Shown one piece after another: positions 7,794 to 16,979 of a stretch of DNA of 23,220 bases. This DNA comes from an uncultured Actinomycetes bacterium (GTDB taxonomy: Bacteria; Actinomycetota; Thermoleophilia; RBG-16-64-13). The stretch lies in assembly GCA_963706025.1 (NCBI GenBank), contig CAVPLM010000027.1, positions 1 to 23,220 on the forward strand. Reading direction: 5' to 3'. Within the stretch, counting starts at the first letter, position 1. Every line of letters starts with the position of its first letter. The notes beneath the pieces are model-generated. The model was not told the origin of the DNA. It saw only the letters and a list, made by a program, of their open reading frames with translations, and searched no databases. The position numbers were made by a program, and so were the translations under genes.

Positions 7794-10478
7794 ATGGGAT
7801 CCGTCTGTTCCGGTGACGAGCGGGGCCCCATCTTCCTGCTGGACGGCAGCAATATCGCCTACCGGGCCTTCTTCGCTCTTCCCCAGGACATCGCCACCTC
7901 CGGTGGCTTTCCCACCAACGCCCTCTACGGGTTCTGCCTGATGATGATCAAGATCTTGGGTGACTACCATCCCGACGCGGTCATCGTGGCCTGGGATTCC
8001 CGGGAGAAGACCTTCCGGGCGGAGGAGTTCGTGGAGTACAAGGCTCATCGAAAGCCCATGCCCGATCTGCTGGCAGAGCAGTGGCCGTACTTCTCCGAGC
8101 TTTGCGCGGCCTTCGGGTTCGTCAACCTGGTCGTGCCCGGGTTCGAGGCGGACGACATCCTTGCCACTCTCGCCCGCCAGGCCGAGGCAGAGAGCCGGAC
8201 CGCAGTCATAGTCACTGGGGACCGGGACGCCCTGCAGTTGGCCGGTCCACACGTGAGCATCATGGCCAACACGAGAGGGGTGACGGAGGTCAAGGTATAC
8301 GATCCGGAAGCGGTGGAGGAGCGGTTCGGTGTACCCCCCCGGCTGATCCCCGACCTGATAGGCCTGAAGGGAGACAGCTCCGACAACATACCGGGGGTAC
8401 CCGGGATCGGGGAGAAGACGGCCGCCCAACTGCTGGCACAGTTCGGCTCGTTGGAGGAGGTCCTTGCCCGCACCGATGAAGTCGCAGGGGCGAAGCGCAA
8501 GGAGCTGCTGCGGGAGCATCGGGAGACCGCGCTCCTCTCCAAGAGACTCGCTTTGCTCGACCGTGACGCCCCGATAGACATCCACGCGGCTGAGGTGCAG
8601 CCCCATCAGATCCAGCGGGAGATGCTGGACGAGCTGCTCACCCGGTTCGAGTTCACCTCGCTGCTCGAGCGACTGGAGCCACTGCTGGCCGCTTCACCAT
8701 CGGCGGATGCAGGAGTGTCCGAACCGGCCGGAGGGCGCCTGCCCGCGCCCGTGCCGCCACCCCGGGATGCCGCCGCCTGGGAGAACCTTGTGGATCGGGA
8801 TAGACCGTTCGGGCTGACGGCCGACGAGGCGACGGGCGGTCTCTGGCTGGCTCAGCCGCAAGCGGGAGCTGCGGCCGACACATACGAGTCGTTCACGATC
8901 GTCGAGATGCCGGATCCTTCTGCGCAGGCTGCGGTTCTCGAGCCGCTTCTAGCCGGAGGCGCCGCTATCTGCCACGATCTCAAGTCTGCCGCCGGCCTGC
9001 GCGGATTGGTCGACAGGGTCGCCCACGATACCTACATCGCCGCGTATCTGCTGGCTCCGGGTCGCCGCGACTACCGTCTGGAGGAGTGTGCGCGGGAGGC
9101 GGTTATCCTCCTGCCCTGGTGCGGCCCGGTCGCCCGGCCAGTCGCGGGTGCCGGCTCCGCGGCCGCCTCGGCCGCCCCGGCTGCCGCGGCGGCGGCGGCG
9201 GCGGCGCTTGTCCTCCCGGTCGCCGCTTGGCAGGAGCGCGCACTCCGCGACCAGGGCATGTGGGATCTCTTCCAGGACATCGAACTGCCGCTGACCGGGG
9301 TGCTCATCGCCATGGAGTCGGCCGGCATACATCTGGATTGCTACCGCCTCGGTGAGATCACCGGCAAGATCCAGGATCAACTGGAAGAGCTGGAGACATG
9401 TATATTCGAGCTGGCCGGCGAGGAGTTCAACCTAGGCTCGCCCCAACAGCTGGGGCACATCCTCTTCGAGCGGCTGGGGCTCGCCCGGCAGCGCAAGATC
9501 AAGACCGGCTATTCCACCGACGCGAAGACGCTGGAAGCCCTTCGGGACAGCCACCCCATCGTCGGCCATCTTCTCAACCATCGCGAGCTCTCGAAACTCA
9601 TGTCCACGTATCTGCTCGCTCTCCCTCAAGCGGTCGATGCGTCCACCGGGCGGTTGCACACCACCTTCCACCAGACGGTGACCGCCACCGGTCGTCTATC
9701 CTCCAGCGATCCCAATCTGCAGAACATCCCAGTACGTACAGCTCTGGGGGCGCAGATCCGCCAGTGCTTCACGGCCGAGCCGGGAAACACCATGGTGGTG
9801 GCCGACTACTCCCAGATCGAGCTCCGGATCATGGCCCAGCTTTCCGGCGAGCCCGCGCTGCTCGATTCGTTCAGGCAGGGTGAAGACATCCACACCCGCA
9901 CGGCGGCCGAGGTCTTCGGCTTGGCTGAAGACGAGGTCGACTCCACTCACCGGCGCTACGCCAAGGCGGTCAATTTCGGCATCATGTATGGGATCTCGGC
10001 CTTCGGGCTGAGCCAGAACCTTGGCATCGACCGAGAGGAGGCCGCCGCCTACATCGAGCGATACTTCGAGCGCATGCCTCGGGTCAAAGCCTTCATCGAG
10101 GACACGATCGGGCTTGCCCGGCGCCAGGGATTCGTGGCCACAGTGTTCGGCCGCCGGCGCCCCATCCCCGAACTTACCTCGGGCAACTACCAGGAGCGTT
10201 CGCTGGGAGAGAGGCTGGCCGTCAACTCGGTCATCCAGGGAAGCGCCGCCGACATCATCAAGGTGGCGATGATCCGTTGCCACGATCGGTTGCGCAAAGA
10301 GTTCCCCGGAGCCCGCCTGGTCCTGCAGGTCCACGACGAGCTGGTATTCGAAGTGCCGGAAGCCTTAGCGGGTGCGGTCAAGAGGGCGGTGGTGGAGGAG
10401 ATGATCGCTGCATTTCCCATGGAACCGGCCCTCGGTGTCGATGCGGGGGAGGGGCCCGACTGGCTCTCGGCCAAGTAG
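7794..10478 (+). CDS. polA: DNA polymerase I
   Basis: 5'-3' exonuclease motifs (LLDGSNIAYRAFFA, EADD, GDSSDNIPGVPGIGEKTA) and polymerase motifs (TGRLSSSDPNLQNIP, ADYSQIELR, KAVNFGIMYG, QVHDEL). GGAGGAGG RBS. Confidence 0.98.
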   Translation: MGSVCSGDERGPIFLLDGSNIAYRAFFALPQDIATSGGFPTNALYGFCLMMIKILGDYHPDAVIVAWDSREKTFRAEEFVEYKAHRKPMPDLLAEQWPYFSELCAAFGFVNLVVPGFEADDILATLARQAEAESRTAVIVTGDRDALQLAGPHVSIMANTRGVTEVKVYDPEAVEERFGVPPRLIPDLIGLKGDSSDNIPGVPGIGEKTAAQLLAQFGSLEEVLARTDEVAGAKRKELLREHRETALLSKRLALLDRDAPIDIHAAEVQPHQIQREMLDELLTRFEFTSLLERLEPLLAASPSADAGVSEPAGGRLPAPVPPPRDAAAWENLVDRDRPFGLTADEATGGLWLAQPQAGAAADTYESFTIVEMPDPSAQAAVLEPLLAGGAAICHDLKSAAGLRGLVDRVAHDTYIAAYLLAPGRRDYRLEECAREAVILLPWCGPVARPVAGAGSAAASAAPAAAAAAAAALVLPVAAWQERALRDQGMWDLFQDIELPLTGVLIAMESAGIHLDCYRLGEITGKIQDQLEELETCIFELAGEEFNLGSPQQLGHILFERLGLARQRKIKTGYSTDAKTLEALRDSHPIVGHLLNHRELSKLMSTYLLALPQAVDASTGRLHTTFHQTVTATGRLSSSDPNLQNIPVRTALGAQIRQCFTAEPGNTMVVADYSQIELRIMAQLSGEPALLDSFRQGEDIHTRTAAEVFGLAEDEVDSTHRRYAKAVNFGIMYGISAFGLSQNLGIDREEAAAYIERYFERMPRVKAFIEDTIGLARRQGFVATVFGRRRPIPELTSGNYQERSLGERLAVNSVIQGSAADIIKVAMIRCHDRLRKEFPGARLVLQVHDELVFEVPEALAGAVKRAVVEEMIAAFPMEPALGVDAGEGPDWLSAK

Positions 10479-10485
10479 CCGAGAG
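10464..10485 (+). terminator. Hairpin overlapping the polA stop codon
   Basis: CTCTCGGC/GCCGAGAG 8-bp stem, followed by GTTGCTTTT. Confidence 0.35.
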
Positions 10486-10489
10486 ACCG

Positions 10490-10517
10490 TTGCTTTTCCC
10501 GGACGCCTAGGTATACT
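10490..10517 (+). promoter_or_regulatory. Housekeeping-sigma promoter of rpsA
   Basis: TTGCTT(10490-10495)-16 bp-TATACT(10512-10517), ~70 nt upstream of the rpsA ATG. Confidence 0.65.
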
Positions 10518-10585
10518 ACCGGCACATAAGCCACGTGAGGGCGTGGTTTGCCCATGCATTCTTTGGGAAGGGAAACGGAAACTAC

Positions 10586-12178
10586 ATGTCAGACGAATAC
10601 ACCGACGAGAACGTACAGACGCTGCAGGGTGGCCAGGACCTCATGATCGAGGTCGACGGCAAGATGGTACCCAACTACGAGGCCACGATGATGAGCTTCG
10701 AAGAGGGAGACATCGTCACCGGGACCGTGGTGCGCGTCGATAAGGACGAAGTCCTGGTCGATATCGGCTACAAGAGCGAGGGGGTCGTCCCCGCGAACGA
10801 GCTGTCGATCAGAAAGTCGGTGGATCCCTCCGAAGAAGTGTCAGTAGGTGACATCGTCGACGCCCTTGTGCTCACCAAAGAGGACGCCGACGGCCGGCTG
10901 ATCCTCTCCCGGAAGCGGGCGCGGTTCGAGCGGGCCTGGCAGCGCATCGAAAAGGCCGCCGAAGAAGGCACCCCGGTGTCGGGCAACGTGATCGAAGTGG
11001 TCAAGGGTGGTCTCATCCTCGACCTGGGAGTGCGCGGCTTCCTTCCTGCCTCTTTGGTCGATATACGCCGGGTGGCCGACCTGGATGAGTTCCTCGGACA
11101 GAGCCTGGAGTGCCGGGTCATCGAGCTGAACCGGTTCCGCAACAACGTGGTCCTCAGCCGCCGGGCCGTGCTGGAGGAAGAGCGCCGCGGAGTACGCGAG
11201 CAGATCCTCGACCGCATGAACGTGGGCGACCTGGTCACGGGCACCATCTCCAATATCGTAGACTTCGGGGCCTTCGTGGACTTGGAAGGCATCGACGGTC
11301 TGATCCACATCTCCGAGCTCTCCTGGAGCCATGTGAACCATCCGTCCGAAGTGCTCACCATCGGCCAGAAGGTCGAAGTCCGGGTGCTTGACATAGACCG
11401 CGACCGGCAGCGGATCTCCCTTGGCCTCAAACAGACCCAGAAGGACCCATGGCAGCAGGTCTTCGAGAACCGCCAGGTGAACGAGATCGTGCACGGCCAG
11501 GTCACCAAGCTGGTGTCGTTCGGCGCCTTCGTCGAGATCGAAGAAGGCGTGGAAGGCCTTATCCACATCTCCGAGTTGGCCCAGCACCATGTGGAAGACC
11601 CGTCTGAGATCGTGCGTCCCGGGCAGGACGTCAACGTCAAGATCATAGAGATCGATCCCGAGCGACGCCGTCTCTCCCTCAGCCTGAAACGGCTTGAGCC
11701 GGAATACCGGATCCACGAGGATGCCCTTGCCGAAGAGGGTGAAGAGGGCGAGGAGATGGAAGAGGGCGAGGCCCTAGCTGAGGCCGAGGCAGTCGCCGAG
11801 GCGGAAGAAAGCGAAGCGTACGGGAGTGAAGCGGTGGACGAGGCTGTCGTCCCCGAGGCGGTTGCCGAGGTGGAAGCGCCGGCCGCCGCTGTGGAGCCCG
11901 AAGCTGCTGCTGTGGAGCTCGAAGCTGCCGCTGTGGAGCCCGAGGCTGTGGAGCCCGAGGCTGTGGAGCCCGAGGCGGTAGCGCCCGAAGAGGTGGAGCC
12001 CGAAGCGGTAGCGCCCGAAGAGGCAGTGGCCGAACCTGAAGCCGCCGTTGAGCCTGCCCCGGAGCCCGAAGCTCCTGAAGCCCAGGCTGAAGTTGAGAGC
12101 GAGCCCTCGGTCGAGGCCGCGCCGGAGGCGGCGCCCGCCGCCTCCGAGACTGCCGAAGAGGCGGGCGAAGAGGGCTGA
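10586..12178 (+). CDS. rpsA: 30S ribosomal protein S1 with a long acidic C-terminal tail
   Basis: Four S1 repeats (VLVDIGYKSEG, VKGGLILDLGVRGFLPAS, FGAFVDLEGIDGLIHISELSW, FGAFVEIEEGVEGLIHISEL). Start moved to ATG 10586 because the upstream in-frame part is the promoter-proximal leader. Confidence 0.97.
   Translation: MSDEYTDENVQTLQGGQDLMIEVDGKMVPNYEATMMSFEEGDIVTGTVVRVDKDEVLVDIGYKSEGVVPANELSIRKSVDPSEEVSVGDIVDALVLTKEDADGRLILSRKRARFERAWQRIEKAAEEGTPVSGNVIEVVKGGLILDLGVRGFLPASLVDIRRVADLDEFLGQSLECRVIELNRFRNNVVLSRRAVLEEERRGVREQILDRMNVGDLVTGTISNIVDFGAFVDLEGIDGLIHISELSWSHVNHPSEVLTIGQKVEVRVLDIDRDRQRISLGLKQTQKDPWQQVFENRQVNEIVHGQVTKLVSFGAFVEIEEGVEGLIHISELAQHHVEDPSEIVRPGQDVNVKIIEIDPERRRLSLSLKRLEPEYRIHEDALAEEGEEGEEMEEGEALAEAEAVAEAEESEAYGSEAVDEAVVPEAVAEVEAPAAAVEPEAAAVELEAAAVEPEAVEPEAVEPEAVAPEEVEPEAVAPEEAVAEPEAAVEPAPEPEAPEAQAEVESEPSVEAAPEAAPAASETAEEAGEEG
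11882..12019 (+). repeat. In-frame tandem repeats in the rpsA tail (3 x 21 bp, then 5 x 15 bp)
   Basis: GCYGCYGCTGTGGAGCYCGAR x3 (AAAVEPE), then GCTGTGGAGCCCGAG x2 and three variants (AVAPE/EVEPE). Confidence 0.85.
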
Positions 12179-12200
12179 GCTTCGGATCATGTTGCGTGAC

Positions 12201-12393
12201 ACGGGAGCGCCTAACAACTCGTTTCAGGATGAAGCCGCGGCTGCCTAGTGCGCCCTGGGCGGCACGATAGTTCGTCCTCGGTCCCGCACATAGCGCTGCT
12301 ATTCGCGCTCCCTGCGTCCTTCTCTGGCGCGTGCCCAGCGCGTCCCTGGCGGCGGAGCTTCATTCTGAAGCGAGTTCTGAGGGCGCTCCTCGT
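12201..12393. mobile_element. MITE/REPIN-like non-autonomous inverted-repeat element (~190 bp)
   Basis: Terminal inverted repeats GGAGCGCC(12204-12211)/GGCGCTCC(12382-12389) and AACTCGTTTCAGGATGAAGC(12216-12235)/GCTTCATTCTGAAGCGAGTT(12357-12376), 18/20 complementary. Inner stems CTGGGC/GCCCAG and an apical ATAGC-GCT-GCTAT. No coding capacity. Confidence 0.55.
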
Positions 12394-12410
12394 TTCTTCG
12401 GAAGGAGAGC

Positions 12411-13094
12411 ATGACCAAGCGGGAGCCTCGAGGCCGGTCTCCACTTCCACCTGAGCCTGCGCGAAGGGTCTGGTCGCGGGAGGGGGGGAACGCAGGCGTC
12501 GTCACCGTCGGTCTTACCGGGGGCATCGGCGCGGGCAAGAGCACCGCGCTGGCGATCTTCGGTGAACTGGGAGCGATAACGATGTCGGCCGATCAGTTGG
12601 TACACGAGCTCTACGCCCGTCCCCTTGTGGCGACCGAGGTCGAGGCGCGGTTCGGGCCGGAGGTGCTCGACTCGCAAGGCAGGGTGGACACAGGCCTGTT
12701 GGCCGAGGCGCTGCGAGGCCAGCGGCGAGAGTTGCGCTGGCTGGAGAAGCTCACACACCCGCTGGTGGCCGAAGAGATCGAGCGACGCATCGGCGACGCG
12801 CCCGCCGGGACCGTGGTCGTTTGTGAGGTGCCGCTGCTGTTCGAATCCGGCTTCGAGCATTTGTTCGACCTCGTGGTCACCGTCGAGGCGGGCGGCGAGA
12901 CCCGGCGCCGGCGGTCGACTCACGGCTTCGACGTCGACATGTTCTCGGAGCTGGAGGCTTTGCAGGCTCCCAGCGAACGCAGGGTGGCCGGCAGCGATCT
13001 CAGCTTCTTCAACGACGGTGATAGAGAACAGCTCTGGCATTTCGTGCGGGAAGCCTATGGTCGGGCGCTGGGGATGCTCGAGGAGCGTCGATGA
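12411..13094 (+). CDS. coaE: Dephospho-CoA kinase
   Basis: VGLTGGIGAGKST P-loop, SADQLVHELY, LEKLTHPLV and EVPLLFE. GAAGGAG RBS before ATG 12411 gives an ~28-aa N-terminal extension. Confidence 0.95.
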   Translation: MTKREPRGRSPLPPEPARRVWSREGGNAGVVTVGLTGGIGAGKSTALAIFGELGAITMSADQLVHELYARPLVATEVEARFGPEVLDSQGRVDTGLLAEALRGQRRELRWLEKLTHPLVAEEIERRIGDAPAGTVVVCEVPLLFESGFEHLFDLVVTVEAGGETRRRRSTHGFDVDMFSELEALQAPSERRVAGSDLSFFNDGDREQLWHFVREAYGRALGMLEERR

Positions 13095-13732
13095 CGGAGT
13101 CGCCCAGGGCCCGCGCGCGCACGAGCCGCAAACGTCGCAGATTACGCCTCGTGGGGTTGGTAGTGGCCCTCGTGTTGATCGTGATCGTCGCGGTGTGGGT
13201 CGCTGCAAGTCGCACGGTGGTGCCGGGAGTGTCGGCTCAACTGCACCCTCTCCACTATCAGGACAGCATCGCCCGGGTGGCAGAGCAAAACGATCTCGAC
13301 CCCTACCTGGTGGCAGCGGTCGCCCGGGCCGAGAGCGGCTGGGACCCGGAAGCAGTCTCCCACGCTGGCGCCACCGGCCTTATGCAGCTCATGCCCGATA
13401 CCGCCGCCTGGATCACGGGCCTCGAGAACTGGCAGGGTGGCGACGATCCCGACCTGACCGATCCCGAGGATAGCCTTGAGCTGGGTGCCTTCTACCTCGC
13501 CTATCTCGTCAAGTACTTCGGCGGCGATACCCGGTTGGCTCTGGCCGCCTACAACGCGGGACAGGGCGCCGTGAGCAGGTGGCTACGGGATGGAAGCACC
13601 AAGGAATCCATCGAGATCACCGACATCCCCATCGACGAGACGCGTGAGTTCGTGGAGCGGGTGGAGTACTACCAAGACCTCTACGCCCGCATCCACCCCG
13701 GTGCCTTCGCCGCCGAGAGCGGGGCGACGTGA
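13091..13732 (+). CDS. Membrane-anchored lytic transglycosylase (SLT domain)
   Basis: AVARAESGW (catalytic Glu), [23 protein letters not shown] and ETREFVERV; N-terminal basic stretch plus TM helix. Confidence 0.94.
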   Translation: MTESPRARARTSRKRRRLRLVGLVVALVLIVIVAVWVAASRTVVPGVSAQLHPLHYQDSIARVAEQNDLDPYLVAAVARAESGWDPEAVSHAGATGLMQLMPDTAAWITGLENWQGGDDPDLTDPEDSLELGAFYLAYLVKYFGGDTRLALAAYNAGQGAVSRWLRDGSTKESIEITDIPIDETREFVERVEYYQDLYARIHPGAFAAESGAT

Positions 13733-15750
13733 GCGCCTTCCACATCCGCTCCGACTACGAGCTCAAAGGCGATCAGCCTGAGGCTGTGGCGGCTCTGACC
13801 GCAGGGGTGCTGCGCGGTGACCGGCAGCAGACTCTCCTGGGCGTCACCGGCTCGGGCAAGACCTTCACCATGGCCAATATCATCGCCCGGGTGGGCAAAC
13901 CCGCTCTGGTGATGGCCCCGAACAAGACCTTGGCGGCACAGCTCTGCAACGAGTTCCGCGAGTTCTTCCCCGAGAATGCGGTGGAGTACTTCGTCTCCTA
14001 CTATGACTACTACCAGCCGGAGGCCTACCTGCCGGCGAGCGACACGTACATCGAGAAGGATTCTTCCATCAACCAGGAGATCGACCGCCTGCGGCACGCG
14101 GCTACCTCCAACCTGCTCATGCGTGACGACGTTGTCATCGTGGCCTCGGTGTCCTGCATCTACGGGCTGGGTTCTCCTCAGGAGTATTTGGGCCAGGTGG
14201 TGCTGCTCAAGGAGGGCGACGACGTCAGCCGCGACGAGGTCTTCGCCAAGCTGGTCAAGATCCACTACGAACGTAACGACATCGGCTTTGTCCGGGGCAA
14301 GTTCCGGGTGCGAGGAGATAGCTTCGAGGTGTGGCCTGCTTACGACGACTATGCGGTACGGGTCAGCCTGTGGGGAGACCAGGTGGAGGAGATCGTGAAG
14401 GTCGACCCGCTCACCCAGGAGATAGTCGCGCGGCTTCCGACGGTGGCCGTCTATCCGGCCACTCACTTCGTCACCTCGGAGGACGCCCTCGAGCGCTCTC
14501 TGGAGGAGATCGCCGCCGAGCTCGAGGTGAGGGTGGCGGAGCTGGAAGCGCAAGGCAAGCAGTTAGAGGCGTTCCGCCTGCGGCAGCGGACTCAATACGA
14601 CATGGAGATGCTGCGCGAGCTCGGTTACTGCAGCGGCATCGAGAACTACTCGCGCATCCTGTCGGGACGCAAGCCGGGCGAGCCGCCCTACACGTTGCTC
14701 GACTTCTTCCCCAAGGACTTCTTGGTGTTCATCGACGAGTCGCACATGACCGTGCCCCAGTTGCACGGCATGTACGAGGGCGATCGCAGCCGCAAGAACA
14801 TGCTGGTGGAGCACGGCTTTCGCCTGCCTTCGGCCCTGGACAACCGCCCGCTCCGTTTCGACGAGTTCATGGAACGAGTGCCGCAGATGGTGTTCGTCTC
14901 GGCCACACCGAGTGAATGGGAGACGTCGGTCTCCAGCCAGGTGGTGGAGCAGCTCGTGCGGCCTACCGGTCTCGTGGACCCGTACGTGGAGGTGAGACCC
15001 ACCCGTCACCAGATCGACGACCTCATGAACGAGATCCGCAGGCGCGTCGAGAAGGGGCAGCGCACCCTGGTGACCACACTCACCAAGAAGATGGCGGAGG
15101 ACCTCACCGACTACCTGTTGGAGATGGGCTTCCGCGTCCGCTATCTGCATTCCGAGGTGAACACGCTCGAGCGGGTGCGCACGGTGCGCGAGTTGCGCCT
15201 GGGGGAGGTGGACGTGCTGGTGGGCATCAACCTGCTGCGCGAGGGCCTCGATCTGCCCGAAGTCACGCTCGTCGCCATCCTGGACGCCGATAAGGAGGGC
15301 TTTCTGCGCGGAGAGACGGCCCTCATCCAGACCATAGGCCGGGCGGCGCGCAATGTGGAGGGGACGGTCATCATGTACGCCGACAAAAGGACGGCGGCCA
15401 TGGACAAGGCGGTATCGGAGACCGAGCGCCGGCGCGCCACCCAGCTGGCCTTCAACGCCGAGCATGGGATCGAGCCGCGCAGCATCGTGAAAGGGGTGTC
15501 CGACATCGCGGAACTGCTAGGCATCAGCGGCACCGTACCCTACAAAGAGCGGCGCAAGACCGCCCGGGGAGAGGCGATGTCGGCGGAGGAGATCGAGCGG
15601 CTCATGGCTACCCTCGAAGAAGAGATGTTCGCCGCGGCCGAGGAGTTGCGCTTCGAGTATGCCGCTAAGCTGCGCGATGAGATCAGGGACCTCGCCCGCG
15701 ATCTGAGTCTCATGCGCAGCGGAGCGGCCGGCGGCTCTCGCGCCGGCTGA
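13729..15750 (+). CDS. uvrB: Excinuclease ABC subunit B
   Basis: [56 protein letters not shown] and a C-terminal UVR domain ([11 protein letters not shown]). Confidence 0.98.
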   Translation: MSAFHIRSDYELKGDQPEAVAALTAGVLRGDRQQTLLGVTGSGKTFTMANIIARVGKPALVMAPNKTLAAQLCNEFREFFPENAVEYFVSYYDYYQPEAYLPASDTYIEKDSSINQEIDRLRHAATSNLLMRDDVVIVASVSCIYGLGSPQEYLGQVVLLKEGDDVSRDEVFAKLVKIHYERNDIGFVRGKFRVRGDSFEVWPAYDDYAVRVSLWGDQVEEIVKVDPLTQEIVARLPTVAVYPATHFVTSEDALERSLEEIAAELEVRVAELEAQGKQLEAFRLRQRTQYDMEMLRELGYCSGIENYSRILSGRKPGEPPYTLLDFFPKDFLVFIDESHMTVPQLHGMYEGDRSRKNMLVEHGFRLPSALDNRPLRFDEFMERVPQMVFVSATPSEWETSVSSQVVEQLVRPTGLVDPYVEVRPTRHQIDDLMNEIRRRVEKGQRTLVTTLTKKMAEDLTDYLLEMGFRVRYLHSEVNTLERVRTVRELRLGEVDVLVGINLLREGLDLPEVTLVAILDADKEGFLRGETALIQTIGRAARNVEGTVIMYADKRTAAMDKAVSETERRRATQLAFNAEHGIEPRSIVKGVSDIAELLGISGTVPYKERRKTARGEAMSAEEIERLMATLEEEMFAAAEELRFEYAAKLRDEIRDLARDLSLMRSGAAGGSRAG

Positions 15751-15787
15751 CGCTCAGCGCGGTCGGGCGGCGCCACGGCGGCTCCGG

Positions 15788-16195
15788 TTAGCGCGTCGGG
15801 GCGGCTTTGATCCCCAGGGCCGCCGCCGTGCGCGCGAGGCCCCTATCGAGAGTCGCGAGGGCGACACCCAGTTCCAGCGCGAGTTGCAGGTATGAGGCGT
15901 CGTAGGCTGTCAAGTCCTTGTCTCGCGCCAACCTGACGACGGCGAGCCAGGAGGGCTCCACCAGCCTTACCGGCACGCGAAGACCGGCTGCGAACGCCTG
16001 CTCGACAAGCGGTGCGTCCCCTCGCCCCACGACGCACTTGCGGACCGCCACCTGTGCCATCTCGTACCGTAATAGCGAGGGCGCAAGCAGCCGTCGCGAG
16101 CGCGTGACCGCGTGCGCTTCGGAAGATCCGGGCTCACCGAACACCATCGCCGCGAGCACCGAGGCGTCGCAAACGACGGCGTCGTCAACGCCCAT
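15788..16195 (-). CDS. vapC: VapC-family PIN-domain toxin
   Basis: VVCDASVLAA (conserved Asp), LLRYEMA, LTAYDASYLQLA and LATLDRGL. Start taken as ATG 16195, which overlaps the antitoxin end. Confidence 0.9.
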   Translation of the reverse strand: MGVDDAVVCDASVLAAMVFGEPGSSEAHAVTRSRRLLAPSLLRYEMAQVAVRKCVVGRGDAPLVEQAFAAGLRVPVRLVEPSWLAVVRLARDKDLTAYDASYLQLALELGVALATLDRGLARTAAALGIKAAPTR

Positions 16196-16421
16196 CGCGG
16201 AGTTCCCGGATCCAACCGGTGGCCTCGTCAGGCGTGGACAGGCCTGACTCACGGACGTGCTGTATCAAGTCGTCCACCGATAGCTCGGCTTCTCCGAAGG
16301 CGGCCGCCTCTACTATCGCCAGAAGCTCCTTCTGAAGCGACCGGTGGTTCCGCTGAGCCCGAGCGCGCAGGCGCTGGAGTATCTCTTCGGGCACGTCCTT
16401 GATCGACAGACTGACCGCCAT
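16185..16421 (-). CDS. FitA-like ribbon-helix-helix antitoxin (VapB role)
   Basis: MAVSLSIKDVPEEILQRLRARAQRNHRSLQKELLAIVE Arc/FitA-type RHH; GAGGA RBS; directly upstream of and overlapping the PIN gene. Confidence 0.88.
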   Translation of the reverse strand: MAVSLSIKDVPEEILQRLRARAQRNHRSLQKELLAIVEAAAFGEAELSVDDLIQHVRESGLSTPDEATGWIRELRDGR

Positions 16422-16452
16422 GGTGTCCTCGGCCTGGAAGTGGTTCTGTAGT

Positions 16453-16469
16453 AGCGCCATTTTAGCACC
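16453..16469 (-). promoter_or_regulatory. Extended -10 promoter inside a palindromic operator for the antitoxin-vapC operon
   Basis: The minus strand reads GGTGCTAAAATGGCGCT: TGc-TAAAAT embedded in an imperfect inverted repeat, ~35 nt upstream of the antitoxin start. Confidence 0.6.
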
Positions 16470-16680
16470 GTCAGAATCAGTGGGATTGATTCTGCGGACA
16501 CTATGCCGCCCGCAATTGCGAACATACCGGGACTTTGGACCGAGGCGGTCATTGAGTCGGCAGGGATGGAGTGCCCCTTATCACGCCAGCCCAAGATCCG
16601 TCCAAAGTCGGATGCGAGCCAGGGCCTCGCATGTGTATGCTTCGCGCTCGGCTGTCGCCACGAAGAGGGGCTGCGTCGTC

Positions 16681-16686
16681 TATACT
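16681..16686 (+). promoter_or_regulatory. Candidate -10 box for hicBA
   Basis: TATACT ~70 nt upstream of the hicB ATG; no clear -35. Confidence 0.35.
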
Positions 16687-16757
16687 CGTTTTCAGAAGGC
16701 AACAAGATGCGAGCGTCAGAAGTGAGGTCCCATCTCCTGCCACCGGAGACGGCGAAC

Positions 16758-16979
16758 ATGTATCTAACGGCGATCGTGGAAGAAGATGGCGACGGATTCG
16801 TCGCCCTGTGCCCCGAGCTTGATGTCGCCAGCCAGGGCGAGAGCGTTGAGCAGGCGACGGACAATCTTCGCGAGGCCGTCGAACTCCTCCTCTCGTGCGC
16901 CGATCCTGCGGAGATCTCCTCGAGGCTGAAGGCTCGCGTCTATGTGACCCACTTCGAGGCCCGCGGTGGGGCGGCTTAG
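16758..16979 (+). CDS. hicB: HicB-family antitoxin (short, no C-terminal DNA-binding domain)
   Basis: YLTAIVEEDGDGFVALCPELDVASQGESVEQATDNLREAVELLL partial RNase H fold motif; GGAG RBS at 16745-16748. Confidence 0.9.
   Translation: MYLTAIVEEDGDGFVALCPELDVASQGESVEQATDNLREAVELLLSCADPAEISSRLKARVYVTHFEARGGAA

Noticed and set aside
11882-12019. CRISPR array
   Set aside because: The repeats are contiguous, in-frame, have no spacers and lie inside rpsA; no cas genes are present.
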